DNA of 5,317 nucleotides, taken from Erysipelotrichaceae bacterium MTC7. GTDB lineage: Bacteria; Bacillota_I; Bacilli_A; Erysipelotrichales; Erysipelotrichaceae. Each line of letters opens with the position of its first letter. Position 1 is the stretch's first letter. Under the pieces are notes generated by a model. It was not told where the DNA came from. It ran no database searches and was given only the letters and a program-made list of their open reading frames with translations. The stretch covers positions 1-5,317 of the forward strand of contig LVZN01000032.1 in the NCBI GenBank assembly GCA_001695645.1, given 5' to 3'. A program made the translations under genes and the position numbers. Below, piece after piece: positions 1 to 5,317 of the stretch.

Positions 1-305
1 TTCAGGATTTTTAGTGTGATGAAATATCATAGAATGATTTTTTAATATTATACTTGATTTTTATTAACTAATTTTTTTTTGTGTAAAACGAATGGATGCA
101 TCAAAACCCAAAAGCAATGTGAAACAAAGAAATGACTAAAAAAGGGCAAAAATCTATATAAAAATCATGATAAAAGTTGTTCTTTTTTTGAACTTTTTAT
201 AATAGATGTTAAAGACAATCGAATATGTAACTATAGTTAGTCGAAGTTAACAATATAAGCGATGAATAAAGGGTTGGAAGTGCTTTCAATCTTTTCCGAA
301 AAATG

Positions 306-334
306 TGGAAAACAAGCGCTTTTTATAATATAAT
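306..334 (+). promoter_or_regulatory. putative sigma-A-type promoter of the hydrogenase operon (-35 TGGAAA 306-311, 17-nt spacer, -10 TATAAT 329-334; a second overlapping TATAAT lies at 324-329)
   Basis: Perfect TATAAT hexamer about 39 nt upstream of the hydC ATG, with a 4/6 match to TTGACA at the canonical 17-nt spacing. The predicted leader of about 30 nt runs straight into the AAGGAGG RBS (359-365). This is a pattern match only, in AT-rich DNA where TATAAT-like strings are common. Confidence 0.35.
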
Positions 335-372
335 GTTTGTTGAGCGCATAAGAATTTTAAGGAGGATCGCGA

Positions 373-873
373 ATGTCAGAAAAAGTCGTTCCGTTTCAAG
401 GAACTAAAGAGCAAGAAGACTTGCTTAATGAAGTGATTGCGAATCATAAAAATCAACGCGGTGGTTTGATGCCAGTCTTGCAAGAAGCGCAAGAAATCTA
501 TGGGTATTTACCTTTAGAAGTGCAAAAAATGATCGCTATTGGTTTGGATAAATCACTATCTGAAATTTATGGGGTTGTGACGTTTTATTCACAGTTCTCA
601 CTTGTACCAAAAGGAAAATACAAAATCAGTGTTTGTATGGGTACAGCATGTTACGTAAAAGGTGCTGATAAAGTACTAGACGAAATACAGGCAAAACTAA
701 ATATTAAAGCAGGAGAATGTACAGAAGACGGACTATTCTCTATTGATGCAACTCGTTGTGTAGGAGCATGTGGGTTAGCACCAGTTATCTTAGTTAACGA
801 AGATGTTTACGGAAAGGTTACAGCTGAAGAAGTTGATGGAATCTTACGTAAATACAGAGATATGGAGGCGTAG
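373..873 (+). CDS. hydC: [FeFe]-hydrogenase HydC subunit, a NuoE/HndA-like thioredoxin-fold [2Fe-2S] protein (166 aa)
   Basis: ATG at 373 lies 7 nt after GGAGG (361-365). The translation carries the NuoE-family cluster motif C88-x4-C93-x35-C129-x3-C133 (SVCMGTAC ... ATRCVGACGLAP) and the conserved GGLMPVLQEAQ and YGVVTFYSQF blocks. Its size and its position directly upstream of a NuoF-like gene and hydA match Thermotoga-type hydCBA operons. Stop is TAG at 871-873. Confidence 0.93.
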   Translation: MSEKVVPFQGTKEQEDLLNEVIANHKNQRGGLMPVLQEAQEIYGYLPLEVQKMIAIGLDKSLSEIYGVVTFYSQFSLVPKGKYKISVCMGTACYVKGADKVLDEIQAKLNIKAGECTEDGLFSIDATRCVGACGLAPVILVNEDVYGKVTAEEVDGILRKYRDMEA

Positions 874-881
874 AGAACAGC

Positions 882-2771
882 ATGGATTTTGAAACATTAC
901 AAAATATTAAAAAACGTTATGAAAACGTCGTTCATGTACGTCAAGCATTGAACACTCACGAAGCATTAGTTGAAGATAGTGACTATGAAAAACAAATCGT
1001 TATTTGTGCAGGGACTGGATGTACATCATCAGGTTCGCGCAAATTAGCTGAACAAATTGACGAAAAATTAGCAGAACACAACTTAACAGATAAAGTCTTA
1101 GTTGTAAAAACAGGATGTTTTGGTTTATGTGCGCTAGGACCAGTTGTACTTGTTTATCCTGAAGGAGTTTTCTATTCACAAGTTACGCCTGAAGCACTAG
1201 ACACAATTTTTACAAAACACATTGTTGGTGGTGAAGTTGTGACAGATTTGCTATACGAAGATACAGTAAGTCCTGAAGGAAAAATCTTGCCACTACAAGA
1301 TACAGATTTCTATAAAAAACAAAAGCGTGTAGCTTTAAGAAACTGTGGAGTCATTGACCCAGAGAAAATTGAAGAATACATTGCAACGGATGGATATCAA
1401 GCACTTTACAAAGCATTAACAGACATGACGCCTGAAGATGTAATTGAAACAATCAAAGCCAGCGGACTTAGAGGACGTGGAGGGGGAGGATTCCCTACAG
1501 GTCTTAAATGGTCATTTGCGGCTAGAGAAGAAAATGGTACAAAATATGTAGCATGTAACGCCGATGAAGGGGATCCAGGAGCATTCATGGACCGTTCCAT
1601 TCTTGAAGGTGACCCACATGTTATCATCGAAGCAATGGCATTAGCTGCATATGCAATTGGTGCAAATCATGGTTTCGTTTATGTGCGTGCAGAATACCCA
1701 ATTGCCGTACAACGTCTACAAATTGCAATCGACCAAGCACGTCGTGATGGATTCTTAGGAAAAGATATTTTCGGTTCTGGATTCGATTACGATATGGAAA
1801 TTCGTTTAGGAGCAGGAGCTTTCGTTTGTGGAGAAGAAACTGCACTTATTACAAGTATTGAAGGTAACCGTGGAGAACCAAGACCACGTCCACCATTCCC
1901 TGCTGTTAAAGGGTTATTTGGTAAACCAACCGTACTTAACAACGTAGAAACCTATTCAAACGTTCCGCAAATTATCCTTAAGGGAGCTGAATGGTTTGCA
2001 AGTATGGGTACTGAAGGAGGACGTGGAACAAAAGTATTCGCGATCGGTGGTAAAGTTAAAAACGTTGGTCTAGTGGAAGTTCCAATGGGAATCACATTAG
2101 GTGAAATCGTTAACGAAATCGGTGGTGGAGTTCCAAACGGTAAGAAATTCAAAGCTGCACAAACAGGGGGACCTTCTGGAGGATGTATTCCTGCAAGCCA
2201 AATGGATGTTGCTATTGACTTTGATAACTTAGTTAAACTTGGATCAATGATGGGTTCAGGTGGACTTATCGTACTTGATGAAGATACTTGTATGGTGGAT
2301 ATTGCGAAATTCTACTTAGACTTTACAGTTGATGAGTCTTGTGGAAAATGTACACCTTGTCGTATCGGAACAAAACGTTTATATGAAATTCTTGAAAAAA
2401 TTACTTCTGGAAATGGAGAACTTAGCGATTTAGATACAATTGAAGAATTATCGAAACAAATGCAAAGTTCATCACTGTGTGCTCTAGGGCAAACAGCGTC
2501 AAACCCAGTAGTCTCTACACTAAAACACTTTAGAGATGAATATTTAGCACACATCGTGGATAAAAAATGTCCAGCAGGTGTATGTAAAGACTTATTGCAA
2601 TATTCAATCATCGAAGACAAATGTATTGGATGTACAGCTTGTGCACGTAAATGTCCAGTTGGATGTATTGCTGGTGAAGTGAAAAAACCTCACGTCATCG
2701 ACCAAAGCAAATGTATCAAGTGTGGTGCATGTATGGATGCATGTAAGTTTAGTGCAGTAGTGAGAGGGTAA
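882..2771 (+). CDS. hydB: [FeFe]-hydrogenase HydB subunit, a NuoF/HndC-like FMN- and NAD(P)H-binding flavoprotein with an N-terminal [2Fe-2S] domain and a C-terminal 2x[4Fe-4S] ferredoxin domain (629 aa)
   Basis: ATG at 882 is 8 nt after the hydC stop, and GGAGG lies at 864-868. Motifs read from the translation: N-terminal thioredoxin-like 2Fe-2S (ICAGTGCTSSG ... KTGCFGLCALGP); glycine-rich NuoF FMN/NADH signature GLRGRGGGGFPTGLKW (nt 1464-1511); NuoF [4Fe-4S] motif ESCGKCTPCRIG (from nt 2334) with a distal Cys in SSLCALGQ (nt 2478-2480); two ferredoxin CxxCxxCxxxCP motifs, CIGCTACARKCP (from 2622) and CIKCGACMDACK (from 2712). Stop is TAA at 2769-2771. Confidence 0.95.
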   Translation: MDFETLQNIKKRYENVVHVRQALNTHEALVEDSDYEKQIVICAGTGCTSSGSRKLAEQIDEKLAEHNLTDKVLVVKTGCFGLCALGPVVLVYPEGVFYSQVTPEALDTIFTKHIVGGEVVTDLLYEDTVSPEGKILPLQDTDFYKKQKRVALRNCGVIDPEKIEEYIATDGYQALYKALTDMTPEDVIETIKASGLRGRGGGGFPTGLKWSFAAREENGTKYVACNADEGDPGAFMDRSILEGDPHVIIEAMALAAYAIGANHGFVYVRAEYPIAVQRLQIAIDQARRDGFLGKDIFGSGFDYDMEIRLGAGAFVCGEETALITSIEGNRGEPRPRPPFPAVKGLFGKPTVLNNVETYSNVPQIILKGAEWFASMGTEGGRGTKVFAIGGKVKNVGLVEVPMGITLGEIVNEIGGGVPNGKKFKAAQTGGPSGGCIPASQMDVAIDFDNLVKLGSMMGSGGLIVLDEDTCMVDIAKFYLDFTVDESCGKCTPCRIGTKRLYEILEKITSGNGELSDLDTIEELSKQMQSSSLCALGQTASNPVVSTLKHFRDEYLAHIVDKKCPAGVCKDLLQYSIIEDKCIGCTACARKCPVGCIAGEVKKPHVIDQSKCIKCGACMDACKFSAVVRG

Positions 2772-2785
2772 TGAAGGAGGTAAAT

Positions 2786-4522
2786 ATGAGCGAGATTAAT
2801 TTAAAAGTTAACGGTATTGATGTAAGCGTTCCGAAAGGGACAACCGTTATGAGCGCTGCTAAATTAGCAGGTGTAGAAATTCCTTCATTATGTTACTTAC
2901 GTGAGGTAAGTGCAATTGCTTCATGTCGTATTTGTGTGGTAGAAATCAAAGGTCGTAAAGGTTTAACGGCTTCTTGTGTCTTACCAGCTGAAGAAGGAAT
3001 GGAAGTTTTTACAAATACAAAAAATGTACGTGATGCAAGAAAAGGTAACTTAGAGTTATTGCTTTCTGATCACAACAAAAAATGTTTATCTTGTGTTCGT
3101 AGTACAAGCTGTGAACTACAAGAATTATCAAGAGAATATGGAGTTGACGAAGACAAATATCCAAACAGTGGAATTCGTTATGAAATCGACAACTCAAGTG
3201 AATATGTCGTTCGTGACAACAACAAATGTATCTTATGTCGTCGTTGTGTAAGTGCTTGTGTGCAAATGCAAAGCGTTGATGCAATCGGGGCAATTGATCG
3301 TGGTCATGGCACACACATCGGATGTGCATTTGAACGTAACTTAGAAAACTCTCCTTGTGTTGGATGTGGACAATGTATCGTTGCTTGTCCAGTTGGAGCA
3401 CTTTCTGAGAAAAACCATGAAAAACAAGTTTGGGATGCAATTAGTGACCCTAACAAACGTGTCGTAATGTTTACAGCACCAAGTGTACGTGCCCAAATCG
3501 GGGAAGCATTTGGCATGCCAATTGGAACAAACGCAGAAAGCCAAATGATTGCAGCTAGCCGTCGTTTAGGATTTGATGCCGTGTTTAACATGGACGTTAC
3601 AGCAGATTTAACCATCGTTGAAGAAGCTAACGAATTAGTTGACCGTGTAAGTAACGGTGGTGTATTACCAATGTTTACTTCATGTTGTCCAGGATGGGTA
3701 AAATTTGCAGAGCATAATTACCCAGAAATGTTACCAAACTTGAGTACTTGTAAGAGTCCGCAACAAATGTTTGGAGCATTGTTGAAATCTTACTACTGTG
3801 AACAAGAAAACATTGATCCTAAAGATCTATACGTTGTTTCGGTAATTCCATGTACAGCTAAGAAATTCGAAGCAAAACGTGGTGAACAACACTGGCGTGA
3901 TGACCAAGATGTTGATGTAGCATTAACAACTCGTGAACTTGCACACATGATTAAAGAAGCAGCGATCCAATTTGAAACATTGGATGGTGAAGACTTCGAT
4001 AATCCATTCGAATGTGGTTCTGGAGCAGGTACAATCTTCGGCGCAAGTGGTGGAGTTATGGAAGCTGCACTTCGTACAGCTGGACGTATCATTGATCCAA
4101 CCTTTGATAAAGTTGAAATTGATGAAGTTCGTGGTACAAAAGGTATCAAAAAAGCAACTTACAAAATGGGTAGCTTAGAAGTTAAAGTAGCCGTTGTTTC
4201 TGGATTAGCTAACGCAAGAAAGTTAATGAAAGAAATTGAAGAAGGAAAAGAAGACTTCCACATGATCGAAGTAATGGCATGTCCAGGAGGATGTGTTAAC
4301 GGTGGTGGACAAATCATCCCTCGCGATAAAGTAAGAAACAACATTGATGTTCGTACAGAACGTGCAAAAGTTCTATACAAAATCGATGATGGTGACAAAT
4401 ACCGTGTATCTCACGAAACACCAACAATCACAAAAATTTACGATGAGTTCCTTGGTAAACCAGGACATGGTAAAGCGCACGAATTGTTGCATACAACATA
4501 CGTGAAACGCGAAAAATTATAG
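2786..4522 (+). CDS. hydA: [FeFe]-hydrogenase catalytic subunit HydA, M3 architecture (578 aa from ATG 2786; 583 aa if ATG 2771 is used)
   Basis: Close colinear resemblance to Clostridium pasteurianum CpI as I remember it. It has an N-terminal plant-type 2Fe-2S domain (SLCYLREVSAIASCRICVVE...TASC), a His-ligated 4Fe-4S (HNKKCLSCVRSTSC) and two ferredoxin 4Fe-4S motifs (CILCRRCVSAC, CVGCGQCIVACP). H-cluster motifs are L1 TSCCPGW (nt 3677-3697), L2 IPCTAKKFE (nt 3845-3871) and L3 EVMACPGGCVNGGGQ (nt 4268-4312). A C-terminal small-subunit-like tail is present (YDEFLGKPGHGKAHELLHTTY). Start choice: AAGGAGG at 2774-2780 sits 5 nt before ATG 2786, whereas ATG 2771 overlaps the hydB stop (TAATG) and has no separate SD of its own. 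Stop is TAG at 4520-4522. Confidence 0.95.
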   Translation: MSEINLKVNGIDVSVPKGTTVMSAAKLAGVEIPSLCYLREVSAIASCRICVVEIKGRKGLTASCVLPAEEGMEVFTNTKNVRDARKGNLELLLSDHNKKCLSCVRSTSCELQELSREYGVDEDKYPNSGIRYEIDNSSEYVVRDNNKCILCRRCVSACVQMQSVDAIGAIDRGHGTHIGCAFERNLENSPCVGCGQCIVACPVGALSEKNHEKQVWDAISDPNKRVVMFTAPSVRAQIGEAFGMPIGTNAESQMIAASRRLGFDAVFNMDVTADLTIVEEANELVDRVSNGGVLPMFTSCCPGWVKFAEHNYPEMLPNLSTCKSPQQMFGALLKSYYCEQENIDPKDLYVVSVIPCTAKKFEAKRGEQHWRDDQDVDVALTTRELAHMIKEAAIQFETLDGEDFDNPFECGSGAGTIFGASGGVMEAALRTAGRIIDPTFDKVEIDEVRGTKGIKKATYKMGSLEVKVAVVSGLANARKLMKEIEEGKEDFHMIEVMACPGGCVNGGGQIIPRDKVRNNIDVRTERAKVLYKIDDGDKYRVSHETPTITKIYDEFLGKPGHGKAHELLHTTYVKREKL

Positions 4523-4526
4523 CATG

Positions 4527-4564
4527 AAAAGATGGACCTGAAAGATGGTTCATCTTTTTGCTTT
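4527..4564. terminator. rho-independent terminator after hydA, potentially bidirectional for the convergent minus-strand ORF
   Basis: Hairpin with GATGGACC (4531-4538) pairing to GGTTCATC (4547-4554), including one G-U pair, and an 8-nt loop TGAAAGAT. TTTTT (4555-4559) and GCTTT follow it. The A4 run at 4527-4530 can extend the stem to 12 bp, or act as the U-tract when read from the minus strand. It starts 5 nt after the hydA stop. Confidence 0.75.
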
Positions 4565-4629
4565 AATTAGTATTTAAATATAGTAATGTTCAGTTAAGAA
4601 TCAGGGGTGTTCGTTGGAATTATTTTAAA

Positions 4630-4965
4630 TTATAAATTATCTTTTAATGCATCTATAGAACCATAGACATTCTTAACGTATAAAATATCGTCTAATGTAT
4701 CCAAACCGTATGAAAATGAACTAATTAATTCTTCAATTGATATTAAAGTGATCTCACCTTTATATTCGAAATTTGATTCATATTTGCTCGGAACTTGGAT
4801 ATCTTCACGGTTCTTTAGGGGGATAAACGAATAATTTTGAACAACATCAAAGAACGTGCAAACATCAAATTGCGTAAAAGGTTCTTCATAAATTTCTCTC
4901 ACATCTCGAATGAATTGAGCATTGGTTTTTATTTCATCAGCACATTGTTTAATTTTGTATTGCAA
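4630..4965 (-). CDS. hypothetical protein, acidic, 111 aa from the only canonical start (TTG at 4965); no family recognised
   Basis: ORF from the supplied track, ending in TAA at 4630-4632. The start codon is TTG, not ATG, and is preceded by a weak SD-like AAGGA about 10 nt upstream. By hand count the protein has about 20 D/E against about 11 K/R. I recognise no catalytic or family motif. The 5' boundary is doubtful because the frame stays open far upstream (next feature). Confidence 0.5.
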   Translation of the reverse strand: MQYKIKQCADEIKTNAQFIRDVREIYEEPFTQFDVCTFFDVVQNYSFIPLKNREDIQVPSKYESNFEYKGEITLISIEELISSFSYGLDTLDDILYVKNVYGSIDALKDNL

Positions 4966-5247
4966 TATATCAAATTCCTTGGTAATTGTTTTCGCTAATC
5001 CACTAAATTTAGGGATACTGTATTTGTTTGTTAAATATTCACATAAATTATTAAAACTGTTTGTTGAAAAGATAATATTATCATCATATTTCTTGAAATA
5101 TGAGTGATATTTTTTATCCTTAAGTTGATGATATAGAAATTGACTTTTACCACTTATAGAGTATGAAAAAATACCATTTGAGTATTTAACGAAAAAGTAA
5201 TTACTGTAATCAGGAATATTAAAGGAATAACTTTCGGCGAGGGAGTG
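4966..5247 (-). other. in-frame 94-codon 5' extension of the 4630-4965 ORF, free of stops and of canonical starts; probable coding sequence of a truncated, pseudogenised or unconventionally initiated gene
   Basis: I checked all 94 triplets between 4966 and 5247 by hand. On the minus strand none is a stop (TAA/TAG/TGA) and none is ATG/GTG/TTG. Conceptual translation: HSLAESYSFNIPDYSNYFFVKYSNGIFSYSISGKSQFLYHQLKDKKYHSYFKKYDDNIIFSTNSFNNLCEYLTNKYSIPKFSGLAKTITKEFDI. Its N/K/Y/F/S-rich composition matches the downstream part. The frame is closed upstream by TGA at 5248-5250. Confidence 0.45.
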
Positions 5248-5268
5248 TCAAGAAAAGTGTGTAAGTAA

Positions 5269-5317
5269 TTAATGGAAGTTAATGTACTTGTTAACACGTT
5301 CCTCAAAATTGGGATTG
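5269..5317 (-). CDS. possible 3' end of a further minus-strand gene entering from beyond the window (...NPNFEERVNKYINFH*), in the same frame as the ORF below it
   Basis: Sixteen open codons from the window edge end in TAA at 5269-5271. Only 16 codons are visible, and a competing + strand ATG at 5272 (MEVNVLVNTFLKIGI..., no SD) is equally open, so this call is weak. Confidence 0.2.
   Translation of the reverse strand, partial: NPNFEERVNKYINFH

Noticed and set aside
26-44. ATCAT-AGA-ATGAT hairpin followed by T6, considered as the terminator of an upstream gene
   Set aside because: The 5-bp stem has a single G-C pair and is far too weak for a confident intrinsic terminator, and no upstream gene is visible in the window.
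228-251. Perfect 12-bp palindrome TAACTATAGTTA and the nearby GTTAAC, considered as a dedicated operator. The GTTAACAA at 246-253 was also tested as a Rex half-site.
   Set aside because: A perfect AT-rich 12-bp palindrome has a rough chance expectation of a few tenths per 372 nt at this composition. The position where the partner Rex half-site should lie (236-242, GTTAGTC) does not match. It is kept only as context in the upstream-region finding.
306-320. TGG...GC spacing checked for a sigma-54 (-24/-12) promoter
   Set aside because: GG at 307-308 is not followed by GC at the required N10 spacing (positions 319-320 are CT), and there is no TTGC element.
92-333. Small upstream ORFs: 92-139 (MDASKPKSNVKQRND), 132-161, 206-250 and 262-333 (MNKGLEVLSIFSEKCGKQALFII)
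   Set aside because: None has a Shine-Dalgarno sequence, although every real gene start in this window has a strong one. The last of them overlaps the predicted promoter. Short ATG-to-stop stretches like these are expected by chance.
1406-4398. Nine minus-strand ORFs of 66-143 aa (1406-1627, 1624-1845, 1952-2152, 2312-2620, 3009-3440, 3304-3615, 3341-3544, 3793-4149, 4159-4398) and one + strand out-of-frame ORF (3972-4178) inside hydB and hydA
   Set aside because: All lie entirely within, and antisense to or out of frame with, genes whose sense-frame translations carry complete, highly conserved hydrogenase motifs. Their translations are low-complexity (His/Cys/Leu/Pro/Ser-rich), have no SD and show no recognisable domain. 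They are typical shadow ORFs.
4922-5107. 61-aa + strand ORF (MVFISSAHCLILYC...)
   Set aside because: It is antisense to the much longer open minus-strand frame, is hydrophobic and low-complexity, has no SD, and sits in a different phase. It is most likely a shadow of the minus-strand coding region.
5143-5160. SISGKS in the start-less extension as a possible Walker A / P-loop
   Set aside because: The first position of [AG]xxxxGK[ST] is Ser (SYSISGKS). There is no preceding hydrophobic strand of the usual type and no visible Walker B or other NTPase motif downstream. A GK[ST] tripeptide is common by chance. This only merits revisiting if profile searches hit P-loop families.
5248-5250. Idea that the in-frame TGA is a sense codon (genetic code 4 or 25), since all three hyd genes happen to end in TAG or TAA
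   Set aside because: All the Trp codons I checked in the hyd genes are TGG (for example LKW, AEW, PGW, QVW, HWR), and these genes contain no in-frame TGA. In addition, a TAA seven codons upstream would still break the frame. The standard bacterial code 11 fits.
5246-5251. Perfect TTGACA hexamer on the minus strand just upstream of the start-less frame, considered as a -35 box
   Set aside because: No acceptable -10 hexamer lies 16-18 nt downstream (ATTCCT or TATTCC). The nearest TAATAT is 25 nt away. The hexamer also contains the TGA stop itself.
5272-5317. + strand ATG at 5272 opening an ORF to the window edge (MEVNVLVNTFLKIGI)
   Set aside because: It has no SD within range (the nearest GGGAG is 26 nt upstream) and only 15 codons are visible. 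It shares its triplet phase with the open minus-strand frame, so it may be a mirror ORF. This cannot be decided without more sequence.

Overview
About 80% of this low-GC window, which has strong GGAGG-type Shine-Dalgarno sites (Bacillota-like), is a well-known system. It is a compact three-gene operon on the + strand for a trimeric, HydABC-type (group A3, electron-bifurcating/confurcating) [FeFe]-hydrogenase. The genes are hydC (NuoE-like 2Fe-2S subunit, 373-873), hydB (NuoF-like FMN/NAD(H) subunit with extra Fe-S domains, 882-2771) and hydA (M3-type catalytic H-cluster subunit, 2786/2771-4522). All diagnostic Cys and H-cluster motifs can be read directly from the translations. A 372-nt AT-rich, ORF-free region with a plausible sigma-A promoter and a few short inverted repeats precedes the operon. 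A clear, potentially bidirectional rho-independent terminator (4527-4564) follows it. Past the terminator the composition drops sharply into a very AT-rich flank that encodes a convergent minus-strand ORF of unrecognisable function. Its only canonical start is a TTG at 4965. The same frame nevertheless stays free of stops and of ATG/GTG/TTG for 94 more codons, to 5247. It is then broken by TGA and TAA seven codons apart, and is open again to the window edge. That flank is the only candidate for something undescribed (pseudogenised or unconventionally started accessory gene(s), possibly the edge of an island), and it is cut by the window. I cannot support a complete novel system from this sequence. 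No RNA genes, CRISPR arrays, transposase or integrase signatures or long repeats were seen.
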